A stretch of DNA of 43,025 nt from an uncultured Candidatus Saccharibacteria bacterium (GCA_964512315.1 CAZEIK010000005.1:1-43025); one strand, 5' to 3'; counted from the stretch's first letter, positions 27,407-36,066 are shown. A program made the numbers and translations. Notes: generated by a model not told the origin, from the sequence alone.

Positions 27407-27571
27407 TGACGCCCTCCCCAGCCGGCCGCGTGGGCCGGTGCCCTCTGCGCTCGGTACCGAGCGATACCTGACGGTAGCCCGCATCGACGGCCGGTCGGGG
27501 GCCCAACGTGTCAGTTCTCGGCGTCCGGCGCTCGATCTGCTTTCGAGCTGGTCTGGGGCCTGGTGACCTGG

Positions 27572-27796
27572 TCAGTTCTTCTTGACGGCCTTGCCCTCGT
27601 CAGCCATGAGGGTGGCGAAGCGCTCCCAGGTCATCCGGTAGAAGTTCGACGAGTTGTTCGACGGCCACCAGTCGATCGATCCCTTGGAAATCTCGAGGCG
27701 ACCGAGCGCAGATTCGCCGGACTTCACCCTGATGGTCACGTCCTTGTTGATGACCTCCGACGCAGGCAGAACCATCTTGATCTCGTGAGAAGGCAT
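27572..27796 (-). CDS. Small hypothetical protein (74 aa), visibly lower GC than neighbours
   Basis: Clean ATG-to-stop ORF with Lys/Asn/Ser/Trp-rich composition (ISKGSIDWWPSNNSSNFYRMTWERFATLM). Sits between the DUF5131 gene and drmD on the same strand. Confidence 0.55.
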   Translation of the reverse strand: MPSHEIKMVLPASEVINKDVTIRVKSGESALGRLEISKGSIDWWPSNNSSNFYRMTWERFATLMADEGKAVKKN

Positions 27797-27858
27797 GGCT
27801 CAACGTACCAAGAGGATGCTGAGCGTCCGAGGCCAACCTAGGTGCCATGTCGTCCGAA

Positions 27859-28605
27859 TCAGCCTGTCGAGCTTGCGGGCATCTCGTCCCAGGTGCGGCC
27901 TTCGAGCTCTCGTCCTCCGGCCTTGGCGGTGTGTCCGCCCCACTGCTTGAAGAAGAAGGAGACCCCGGAAGATACGCACTGGTCGCGTAGTTCGCTCACC
28001 CACGGCAGCTGCATCGGTCGGGCTCCGGGCCCGGACTCGCCCCCAGCGATCACCCAGTCGATCCCGGTGAGGTCAAGGTCCCCGACTGAAGCGAGCAGCG
28101 GCTCGCACGATAGGAACCGCACTGCCGCTGGTACCTGTCGGAGATGGTCGATCCGGAACCGGTACCTCGCTGACTCGACGCTGACCCCCATCCAAAGATT
28201 CGGGGGCCACACGAGCTCATCGCTCACCTCGAGGAGTCGCTTCGAGCGCTTGGTCAGCACCTGGTACTTGTGCTGCGGCGTGTCCGCGATCACCGCAAAC
28301 ACTTGCTGGATGAACTCGGTCGGAACAGCTGCGTGGAAGAGGTCGCTCATCGAGTTGACGAAGATGGTCCGTGGTTGACGCCATCGCCTTGGTTGGTCGA
28401 GGGCACCTGGGTGGACCGTGAGCCCGAAGCCCGGTCCGCTGGTTCGCGGATCCCCATCGGCTTGGTACTTCGCAACCCCCATGGCCTTGAGGCGCTTCGA
28501 CAAGGTGAGGGCGTAGCAGTTGTCGCAACCCGGGGAGGTGCGATCGCACCCGGTGGTGGGGTTCCAGGTCGCTTCAGTCCATTCGATGGAGCTGTTGTCG
28601 GCCAT
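27859..28605 (-). CDS. DUF5131 / phage Gp37-Gp68 family three-Cys-motif protein
   Basis: N-terminus SIEWTEATWNPTTGCDRTSPGCDNCYA is the hallmark of PF07505 (Cx6CxxC). 248 aa, the typical size. Confidence 0.8.
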   Translation of the reverse strand: MADNSSIEWTEATWNPTTGCDRTSPGCDNCYALTLSKRLKAMGVAKYQADGDPRTSGPGFGLTVHPGALDQPRRWRQPRTIFVNSMSDLFHAAVPTEFIQQVFAVIADTPQHKYQVLTKRSKRLLEVSDELVWPPNLWMGVSVESARYRFRIDHLRQVPAAVRFLSCEPLLASVGDLDLTGIDWVIAGGESGPGARPMQLPWVSELRDQCVSSGVSFFFKQWGGHTAKAGGRELEGRTWDEMPASSTG

Positions 28606-28639
28606 CTGAAGCCTCCTGTGGTCGCGCGTATGTTCGATG

Positions 28640-29764
28640 CTAGGGGTTCGGAGGGAACCGCACTACGACTTGATCGGGGAAGGTGAAGCGCCTGTTCTGT
28701 CCTGAGACTGCTTCGATGACGCCTTCTCGTTGCAGATGGGCGAGCGCGCCCTTCTTGTAGTGGCTGGCACTGAACGGGGTGTTGACGAGTACGAACCGCT
28801 CGATGGCGGGAACGGCCGCATCCTTGCCAGCGAAGTGCGACAGCAGCGCCTGGCGAAGGGGTTCGAGGTCCGGCTCGGCTTCGAAGAGCACTTCGACACC
28901 TGCCAGCCGGTCCGAGAAGCGACCACCCTCGATGGGGTCGAGCTTCCACATGGCGTCCTTCATGACCTTCAGCCCTGTGAGGTTCCGGGTGCCGTAGAAC
29001 AGCGAGTAGGTGGTGTGACCCGACATGCCGATCATCTCGAAGCTCTGAACGAACTCGAGTCCCGCTCCCTCAGTCAGCTGGCGGGCGTAGAGATCATGGA
29101 GAAACGCCTTGCGCTCCGCTGGAGCCAGGCCGTCTGCGTCCCGGTACTCCTCGGTCCCGAAGAGGTCAGAGAGGTGAACATGGATGGACTCTTGCGGATG
29201 GGTGATCCACCTGTTCAACGAGTCGTACATGAAGTTGAAGAAGACCTCACACTTCGGGTACCGGGCGATGCGTTCGAAGATGGAGAACGGCACACCCTTG
29301 AACCCGAAGGGATCAACGAACGCGAAGGTCGGAGCGAGGTTCTTGCCCGCCTCCTCCAGCGAGGACAGCAGGCCGTCTGCCACCTCGGCGAACTCTCCGT
29401 TGACCATCTCGACTCTGACGTTCTCCGGCTGACCACCGTGGGCGGCCCAGAAGCCAGCGACCTGCTCCCCGAGACTGGCGAAGCGCTCTGGGTCTTGTTC
29501 GACGAAGAAGAGCACGAACTCGGTGTGGCTCAACCTGTCGAACATGTGATGCGACACGAGGGTCTCGAGCGCGATGAGCGGTGAGCCGTTCTCGCCAGCG
29601 CTGTAGACGCCGGGCCCAGCGAAGCCGTCAAGGAACACGACGCGCGGGTTGAATCCGCCGTGGGTGAGGATGGGGAACCATCCCCCGAGGTACCGCCGGA
29701 GGATCTCGTGCTTGGCCACCGTGTGTGGGTCAAGGGCCCACTTAGTGGTCTTCGGTACCGCCAT
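28640..29764 (-). CDS. tcmP: Three-Cys-motif partner protein TcmP-like (probable Rossmann-fold SAM methyltransferase)
   Basis: TKWALDPHTVAKHEILRRYLGGWFPIL N-terminus. VFLDGFAGPGVY is MTase motif I-like. FAFVDPFGFKG is DPPY/DPPF-type motif IV-like. Lies immediately upstream of the PF07505 gene. GGGAGAG RBS before ATG 29764. Confidence 0.7.
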   Translation of the reverse strand: MAVPKTTKWALDPHTVAKHEILRRYLGGWFPILTHGGFNPRVVFLDGFAGPGVYSAGENGSPLIALETLVSHHMFDRLSHTEFVLFFVEQDPERFASLGEQVAGFWAAHGGQPENVRVEMVNGEFAEVADGLLSSLEEAGKNLAPTFAFVDPFGFKGVPFSIFERIARYPKCEVFFNFMYDSLNRWITHPQESIHVHLSDLFGTEEYRDADGLAPAERKAFLHDLYARQLTEGAGLEFVQSFEMIGMSGHTTYSLFYGTRNLTGLKVMKDAMWKLDPIEGGRFSDRLAGVEVLFEAEPDLEPLRQALLSHFAGKDAAVPAIERFVLVNTPFSASHYKKGALAHLQREGVIEAVSGQNRRFTFPDQVVVRFPPNP

Positions 29765-29876
29765 TGTTGTTCTCTCCCGCCCCGCCGGCTCTCCCGGCGT
29801 CGAATGTACTGGGCGCGGGCCATCGCAGCGGCCGACTTCAGGGCGCCTCGGCACGGTTCACCGGACCGCAACCCGT

Positions 29877-31733
29877 TCAGATGGAGCCGCTCTCGTTGTC
29901 GGTGAGCCGCGCCATGAGTTGACGGCTGGGGGAGGGGGTGCGGGTGTAGTCGGGCCGGTTGTAGCTCATGAGGACGTCGTAGGACTTGTGGCCGGTGATC
30001 TGGGCGATCTCGGCGGCGCTGAAGCCGAGGGCGAACATGCTGGTGGTGAACCCGGCACGGGTGCTGTGGGCGCCGAAGCGGGTGGGGTCGAGGCCGGCTC
30101 GGGCGGCGAGGCGTTGAATGAGGTTGCAGACGGCGTCGCCGGAGAGGGGGGCGAGTTCGACTGTGCCCGACAGGGTGGGCGTGAGGCTTCGCCGGTTGCC
30201 GTCGGGGTCGATCACCTCGGGTTGGTCGTGGCGGTTGATCGGGAAGAACACCGGTGCGTTCGGGAGGTGGGTGACGGGGTCCGCGCCGACGAGCGCGGTG
30301 ACCTGTTCGCGTAGGCGTTCGAGGCTTGCGACCGGGCAGGGGATGCGGTCGGGGTCCGGCGATCGTTCGAGGATCCAGGTGGTGGGGCCGACGCTCGGGT
30401 CTGCGGTCGGGTTGGTCTTGGTGGGTCCGGGTGTCCAGCTGATGGTGTCTTCTTGGAAGTCGAACTGGCCCCAGCGGGCGTCGACGAGGTTCACGCGGCG
30501 GTGCGCGGTGAAGAACGCAGTGGTGAGGATGCTCTCGTCGCGGGCGGCGGTCAGCGGTTTGGTCGGGCTGCAACTGCTCCACAGCCGGGTGAGTTCGTGC
30601 GCGCTGTAGTCGTGTGGGTCCGGGCAGCGCTTCCCGTCGGCAACCGGTAGGCCGTGGGCGGTGAGGACGCGTCGGATGAGTTGCACGATGCCGGGACGGG
30701 TCATGGCGAGACGGGCAGTCGGTTCGGGTTCGGGTGCTGGTTCGAGCCAGAACTGTCCGGGGTTGAGCACGTCAGGTATCGGTGGCGGGGTTGCGGGGCT
30801 GGCGCGGCGGGTGTCAGGGGTGCGCTGCTCGTTGGAGGTGGTGAAGCCCCCTGCGGCGAAGGGGCCGCGGCCGGTGCGTGCCCGCCACTTTGCGATGGCG
30901 TCGATGGCTCGTGGGTCTTCGATGACGAGCAGCCTGTGCCCTGCGGTGATGTGCTCGGTGCCGTCTTGAGCGGTGAAGTCGGTCCAGTCGAGTCCGGCGA
31001 TGGTGGTTGGGGTCAGTTCGGCGGCCCACACCGCCATGACGGCGCGGTCGCGGAGGTCGTCGTTGGTGTTGCGGATGACGTCGATGAAGGTGATGAGCAG
31101 GTCGATGTCGATGGCGGCCTTGCGGTTGGTGGGTGCGTTGCCGAAGCGGTTGCGGATGCCCTTGAGGATCGACTTCACGGCGGCGGTTGGTCGGAGGGGT
31201 TCTTGGTCGGCTGCTTGACGGACGCGGTCGACGGCGCTGACGAACACGTCGAGGGTGCTGGGCGAGACGGTTCCTCGGAGGTATTCGCCGTTGGGTCCGA
31301 GGAGCAGTTGGTCGTCCTCGGTTGCGCACGCGGCCCAGAGGCAGAACCCCGCGAACAGGACGGGTGTGAGCTCGTGGGGGTGGTTGCCGGTGGCAAGGCA
31401 CCAGAACACGACTTGGCGCCACGCGGACCGGTAGGTGGCGTGGGTGCGCTCGGCGAGAGAGGCTTCGGCGAACTCGGCGACGGCTTCGGCGAGGGGGCCG
31501 AGCTCAGCGCGCAGCGCTGCCTCGTCGGCGAACACGAACGGTGCCCACACGAGGTGCGCGAGGGCGACCTTCCCGTCGGCGGGTAGCGGGTCGGGGTCGA
31601 ACCCGTGCCGTTGACGGAACTGGTCGTAGAGCTCCGCTTCTTGTTCGACGCGGGTGTTGGCGTGGCGTTGCGAGCGGGTCGGTGGGTGCGGTGCCGGGTC
31701 GGGGAACGCGATGGGGGCGGGCAGGGCAGTCAT
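29877..31733 (-). CDS. Large tyrosine recombinase (618 aa)
   Basis: C-terminal catalytic motifs ...HRRVNLVDARW (R), FGAHSTRAGF (HxxR), GHKSYDVLMSYNRPDY (H...Y). A second SAM-like/core-binding-like segment lies N-terminally (THATYRSAWRQVVFW). AGGAAGG RBS before ATG 31733. Confidence 0.8.
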   Translation of the reverse strand: MTALPAPIAFPDPAPHPPTRSQRHANTRVEQEAELYDQFRQRHGFDPDPLPADGKVALAHLVWAPFVFADEAALRAELGPLAEAVAEFAEASLAERTHATYRSAWRQVVFWCLATGNHPHELTPVLFAGFCLWAACATEDDQLLLGPNGEYLRGTVSPSTLDVFVSAVDRVRQAADQEPLRPTAAVKSILKGIRNRFGNAPTNRKAAIDIDLLITFIDVIRNTNDDLRDRAVMAVWAAELTPTTIAGLDWTDFTAQDGTEHITAGHRLLVIEDPRAIDAIAKWRARTGRGPFAAGGFTTSNEQRTPDTRRASPATPPPIPDVLNPGQFWLEPAPEPEPTARLAMTRPGIVQLIRRVLTAHGLPVADGKRCPDPHDYSAHELTRLWSSCSPTKPLTAARDESILTTAFFTAHRRVNLVDARWGQFDFQEDTISWTPGPTKTNPTADPSVGPTTWILERSPDPDRIPCPVASLERLREQVTALVGADPVTHLPNAPVFFPINRHDQPEVIDPDGNRRSLTPTLSGTVELAPLSGDAVCNLIQRLAARAGLDPTRFGAHSTRAGFTTSMFALGFSAAEIAQITGHKSYDVLMSYNRPDYTRTPSPSRQLMARLTDNESGSI

Positions 31734-31969
31734 GTTCGATGCACCTTCCTGAGAGACGTGGATGGGACGCTCTCGCCGGGTGCTGTGCCAGCGACGGGCT
31801 GCGCTGCACACGCTGCGACGCAACTCTTGGCTCGGCAAAGGCTGATATGACCCGGTGAGAGTTGCCCCTGGACGGTGCGGGTGCAGGTCACGGGTGCAAC
31901 CAGGTCCGCCGCCGGTGACGGTGAGCGCGGCGGTTGCGCCGGTGTCGGCGGGTCGGACGGTGCCCGGCT

Positions 31970-33733
31970 ATGGCTTCCACCCGCTCCCGCAAGAAGAGGA
32001 AACCGGCCGCTGCATGCCCGGTCGTCATGGACACTGGCCGTCCGTGCGGCAGGGACGTGCGGTGCTGGAACCTGTGCGACAAGCACTACCAGCGTCTGCG
32101 CCGCGGGTGCTCACCGGAGGAGATGGCTGCGACCAGCCTGCGTCGACGCACCCCGTGCCGAGTCGTCGAGCAGGCGACCGGTCAGCCGTGCCCGCGTCTC
32201 CACAAGGGGCTGGGCATGTGCTCGGTGCATCTGAGCCGCTTCCACCAGGGCTGGCCCGAGGAGGATCTGGGTCTGCCACCCCACGCGCGCCGCAAGCAGG
32301 CGCAGCGCGGCGACGACCGTGCTGCGGTCGGCAAGAAGGACCAGAGCTCGCGCTACGGGGCCGTCGAGCCAGTCGTGCTCGACGGGTTCGCAGCTATTGA
32401 CGCCGAGATCATGGCGTTCATCACGAGCTATGAGGACCGCGCCGGCATCACCGCAGCGCGACAGGTTGCGGTCCGGCAGTACGAGCAGTGGTGCAAGGAG
32501 GTGGGTCTGACCCCGTTCGAGCACACCGCGACGGCCTTGACAGCGTTCGTCCGGTGGTTGACGCAGCCGGCCGGGGACCGACCGGGCTTCACGTCCGAGA
32601 CGATGGTTCGGAAGCTGAAGGTGATCAGCGACGAGTTCCGCCGGCTCACCGGTGATGACCCGCATCAGCTGCCGGTGCTCGCCGAAGCGGTAGAAGCTGC
32701 GAAGCAGCAGTCACGTCCGCTCGCTCACGGAGACCGGGAGGGCCGAGCTGGCCGGGCCGGGCCGGTGCATCCGTTCGGGCTGGCAGAGATGGAGCGGCTC
32801 GTCGGGACCTGCCCGGGGGTGCATGACGATGTCATCGCGTTGCGGGCGCTGTGGCGGATCGCCGGGGTCGTCGGATGGGAGAACCTGGAGGCGGCCGAGG
32901 TGATCCCCGTCGATGCGCACCGGGTGGAGGTCATCTCGCTGGGCACAGTCCATGTGCTCCCCTTGGGTTCCCCGGAGCGTTGGCACGCGCCGTGGCTGTC
33001 ACCGGCTGCGTCGATCGCTGCCGCAGTCGCTGCGTTTGGGACGGGCCGGCCGATCGACACCTGGCCAGGCCCACGGAACGTCGAGGGCATCCGACGGCAA
33101 GTCGAGCAACGGTTCTTGGAGCACGGCCGGATCGATCACGTCGCCTACGGGGACATGGCCGCGAGCGACTTCCGGATGGCTGCGGCACTTGACCCGCCCT
33201 ACCTGACGTGGCTGAGGACTCGCGCCGGGATGCTGGTGGCGTGGCGAAGCGCGCTTGCGTTGGCCGAAGCACGCCAGCTGCAGTTCGGCGTCAACCTGAC
33301 CCTCGACCAGCGGGGGTGGCAGGTCGTTCCTCCCCGCAGACGCACCCGGGCCAACCTGCACCCCAGGCCTCAAGGGCTGATGCCGGCAACCGACCCCGTC
33401 CTGTGCGCGACCACTGCACTCGACGAGTGGCTCGACGCCGGAGCCATGCAGTTCGGCGACCACCTCCTGTGTGCAGCACCCCTGGATCGCCTCGACCGAA
33501 CCGCACCAAGCCGCAGCCGCTCCGAGCGCAACCAGCTCCAGGCGATGCTCGCCGCGGCCGAACTCGACCAACGCCTCTACACGTGGAGATCGTTCCGCCT
33601 CGGTTACGAGACCCTCGCACAGGGTGACGCCACCTCCGCCCAGATCGCCACCGCGACGGGCTCGACCGATCTCGCCCAGCCCCGAACCGACGTACGACGA
33701 CGCAAGGACAACGACGGTGAGCAAGCCACGTAA
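31970..33733 (+). CDS. Tyrosine-recombinase-like protein with N-terminal double Cys/His zinc-ribbon; catalytic Tyr not evident
   Basis: Two copies of C..V...TG.PC.......C..H..R...G occur at the N-terminus. Core-binding-like ITAARQVAVRQYEQWCKEVGLTPFEHTATALTAFVRWL. C-terminal YTWRSFRLGY occupies the HxxR position, but no GH...Y follows. Confidence 0.65.
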   Translation: MASTRSRKKRKPAAACPVVMDTGRPCGRDVRCWNLCDKHYQRLRRGCSPEEMAATSLRRRTPCRVVEQATGQPCPRLHKGLGMCSVHLSRFHQGWPEEDLGLPPHARRKQAQRGDDRAAVGKKDQSSRYGAVEPVVLDGFAAIDAEIMAFITSYEDRAGITAARQVAVRQYEQWCKEVGLTPFEHTATALTAFVRWLTQPAGDRPGFTSETMVRKLKVISDEFRRLTGDDPHQLPVLAEAVEAAKQQSRPLAHGDREGRAGRAGPVHPFGLAEMERLVGTCPGVHDDVIALRALWRIAGVVGWENLEAAEVIPVDAHRVEVISLGTVHVLPLGSPERWHAPWLSPAASIAAAVAAFGTGRPIDTWPGPRNVEGIRRQVEQRFLEHGRIDHVAYGDMAASDFRMAAALDPPYLTWLRTRAGMLVAWRSALALAEARQLQFGVNLTLDQRGWQVVPPRRRTRANLHPRPQGLMPATDPVLCATTALDEWLDAGAMQFGDHLLCAAPLDRLDRTAPSRSRSERNQLQAMLAAAELDQRLYTWRSFRLGYETLAQGDATSAQIATATGSTDLAQPRTDVRRRKDNDGEQAT

Positions 33734-35081
33734 GGACCAGCCAGCCCCCACATCGGCCGTGAGCCTCGAGGACGCCCTCAACGACACTGCCGCCGCAGCC
33801 CTCAAGGACAGTTCGCGCAGGACCTACGACAAACAGACGCGTGTCTACGAACGGTTCTGCACCGCCAACAACATCGATCCATGGCCCGCCCAAGACATGG
33901 CGATCACCCGGTTCCTCCACGTTCACCGCAATCGTCACAGCCCGCCGACGTCCGAGTTGTACGTCAGCGCCATCCGTCGCCATCACCTGGACGCAGGATT
34001 GCCGCCTCCCGATGCCACCCTCACCAGCCGGTGGCTGCGGGCTTGGCGCCACACGAGTGAGCACGAGCCGCCAACACCGATCGACCCGCTGCTCCCTGAA
34101 GATCTCCTGACCATCGCCGGTGCTGCGACCAACGTGGCGGTCAGCGAACGAACCCTCCTGCAACGCGCCGCACTCGGCGTCGCTCGGGCCGGGAAGCTCG
34201 TTGTGCCGCAGCTGTCAGCGATCACCCGCCACGACGTTGAGGTCGCCGACGCCATCGTGACGGTTCGTCTCGACGATGGTGAACTGGTTCTTCCTCGCCG
34301 CGAACCGTTCGACAGTGGGAGCCTCGTTGCGCAGCTCCTCGAGGTGGCGCCCAGCTCGCGGCTTCATCTGTTCGGAGCGCAGCCCCAGCTGCGACAGTCG
34401 CTGCTGGCCTCTGCGAAACGGGCGGGCCTGGAGGCACAGTGGCGCGTTCGACCTCACGTCGGCTCTGGGCTCAGCGAATCGGACCATCGGTGGATGATCG
34501 CGATGTGCGACCCGACGTTGCTCACTGACCTGCGCACGGTCACCTGGACGTTGGTCGCCTGCAGCCAGGCCTTCCGCAACGACGAGCTGTCGCGCCTCGA
34601 CCTCGAGACCGTCGTCGTGACGCCCACCGGCTTCGACCTGATGCTCGGCGCCAGCAAGGGGGACCCAACCGGTCGTCGACCGGTCTGGCACCTCAACCAC
34701 ACTCCGGACCCCGATGGCGGGGGGCAGTGCGCCGTCACCTGCGGGGCTTGCAGCCTCGGGCGGTGGGTGTCCGTCCTGCACCATGCGAAGGGCCTCACGA
34801 CTGGCCCGGTGTTCCCGACCTTCAAGCCCTCGAGCGACGGGCGCCTCACCAACGGCGTGGCCACCTACCACCTGCGACGGCTTGCTGGCCGGCTCGACAT
34901 CGCAGAAGGCCGACGCCTGGGGTCTCGAAGCCCACGGATCGGGACGGTGACCGCGATGCACCTCAACGGCGAAGATCTCGCTGCGATGGCCGCGGTCACA
35001 CGGCACACGCAGTTCCGGACGCTTCTCCACTACATGCGCATCGTGGACCCATGGCGGCAGACGTGGCAGATCCCGGCCTGA
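33717..35081 (+). CDS. Tyrosine recombinase (454 aa)
   Basis: GTG 33717 has AAGGA upstream and overlaps the preceding gene by 17 nt. Motifs RRTYDKQTRVYERFC (core-binding), AFRNDELSRL (R), SRSPRIGTVTAM (xxR), TRHTQFRTLLHYMRI (H...Y). Confidence 0.75.
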   Translation: MSKPRKDQPAPTSAVSLEDALNDTAAAALKDSSRRTYDKQTRVYERFCTANNIDPWPAQDMAITRFLHVHRNRHSPPTSELYVSAIRRHHLDAGLPPPDATLTSRWLRAWRHTSEHEPPTPIDPLLPEDLLTIAGAATNVAVSERTLLQRAALGVARAGKLVVPQLSAITRHDVEVADAIVTVRLDDGELVLPRREPFDSGSLVAQLLEVAPSSRLHLFGAQPQLRQSLLASAKRAGLEAQWRVRPHVGSGLSESDHRWMIAMCDPTLLTDLRTVTWTLVACSQAFRNDELSRLDLETVVVTPTGFDLMLGASKGDPTGRRPVWHLNHTPDPDGGGQCAVTCGACSLGRWVSVLHHAKGLTTGPVFPTFKPSSDGRLTNGVATYHLRRLAGRLDIAEGRRLGSRSPRIGTVTAMHLNGEDLAAMAAVTRHTQFRTLLHYMRIVDPWRQTWQIPA

Positions 35082-35090
35082 TCCACCGGA

Positions 35091-35651
35091 CTACTTGCGG
35101 GCCCAGACCATGCCAGCAGGCACCGTCCGTTGGAGGTGGTCGTGCGCTTCGGCTTCGAGGATCTCGGCGCTCCACCGGCTCTTGCCTCGGCCGGCTGGGC
35201 CGCCGGGGTGGACGACGGAGAACTTGGGTGACTTCTGCACGAGCCGGTTCGCGCCCTGCTTGGTGCTGCTGAGCCCGGGAAGCACCAAGTTCCACACCGG
35301 CGCGAACGCTTCGATCGCCAGCGCTTCCGCGTAGCCGGCACCTGACGCGCTCGGCAGTGCGAGCGTCGCCACCCAGAACGTCACCTGCGAGAGGTTCGGG
35401 ATGAGCGCAAGGTTGCCTCGGTGCCGGCGCAGGCGGGCGTCTGCGTCAGCGGCTGCCTTGCCGGCGTAGACCGGCCACCGGCAGCGGGCGACCGGCCGGT
35501 ACGCGGGGAGCGGCGCAACGTCCATCAGCAGGAGGTACACGCCGGGTGCCGCGGGGAACCCACCACGGTCGAGTCGCTGCAGGGGGCAGTGGAGCAGTTC
35601 GTCGACGACGCCGATCATGGCTCGACGCTCATCCCACAGGGCGTCACGCAT
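35091..35651 (-). CDS. GIY-YIG nuclease, Eco29kI-restriction-endonuclease-like (186 aa)
   Basis: PGVYLLL (GIY), PVYAGKA (YIG), RLRRHRGNL (Arg), YAEALAIEAFAPVWN (Glu/Asn), ...VVHPGG. The upstream 104 codons of ORF 35091..35963 were discarded. Confidence 0.6.
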   Translation of the reverse strand: MRDALWDERRAMIGVVDELLHCPLQRLDRGGFPAAPGVYLLLMDVAPLPAYRPVARCRWPVYAGKAAADADARLRRHRGNLALIPNLSQVTFWVATLALPSASGAGYAEALAIEAFAPVWNLVLPGLSSTKQGANRLVQKSPKFSVVHPGGPAGRGKSRWSAEILEAEAHDHLQRTVPAGMVWARK

Positions 35652-35772
35652 GCGGGCACCGGCCTCGGTGCGCAGCGACCGGTTCGGTTGCGGTGGCCCG
35701 GCGGGCTTCGACGGTTCGAGACGGCGTCGATCGGCGCTGTCCCCAACCCATGGAGCACACGTGACCTCCACC

Positions 35773-36048
35773 ATGCCTGCGGTCGAAGCGACCGCACCGC
35801 CAACGTCCATCGCCGAGATCGACGCTGCGATCTCGGCGGTCATCGCCACGGACCCATGCCGAACCTGGCGTGCCGACACGCTCATCGACGCCACCGGCAT
35901 CGCCCTGGTCGATGTGCTCGTCGCTCTCGCTCGGCTGACCCACGCCGGACGGGTCGAACGCACCGGCCCAGGCCGGTACCGCTACCCCACCGACTCTGCG
36001 GAGGCGACCGCGGCGCGCATGCGCCGGCGAGTGCTCGGCGACCACTGA
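35773..36048 (+). CDS. Small winged-helix-like DNA-binding protein (91 aa), divergent from the GIY-YIG gene
   Basis: ...TLIDATGIALVDVLVALARLTHAGRVERTGPGRYRY resembles a wHTH recognition helix plus wing. An alternative GTG start lies at 35761. Confidence 0.5.
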   Translation: MPAVEATAPPTSIAEIDAAISAVIATDPCRTWRADTLIDATGIALVDVLVALARLTHAGRVERTGPGRYRYPTDSAEATAARMRRRVLGDH

Positions 36049-36066
36049 TCGAGAGATCCCCGAGCA

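Noticed and set aside
20295-27566. Long plus-strand ORFs antisense to DISARM genes (for example 21144..24107 at 987 aa, 24908..26395 at 495 aa, 15374..16834 at 486 aa)
   Set aside because: They are shadow ORFs of high-GC coding sequence with no motifs and Gly/Glu/Val/Arg-biased composition. The minus-strand frames contain unambiguous helicase, MTase, DUF1998 and PLD motifs.
27485-27571. Possible terminator or promoter between the 74-aa ORF and drmD that would uncouple the TcmP module from DISARM
   Set aside because: No convincing hairpin plus U-tract, or -35/-10 pair, was found by eye. The question stays open and is listed as a test under the TcmP finding rather than annotated.
29863-35081. 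8-bp CACCGGAC found near both outer ends of the recombinase trio (about 29859-29866 and 35074-35081) as possible element boundaries
   Set aside because: It is too short, and expected by chance in GC-rich DNA. There is no extended repeat around it.
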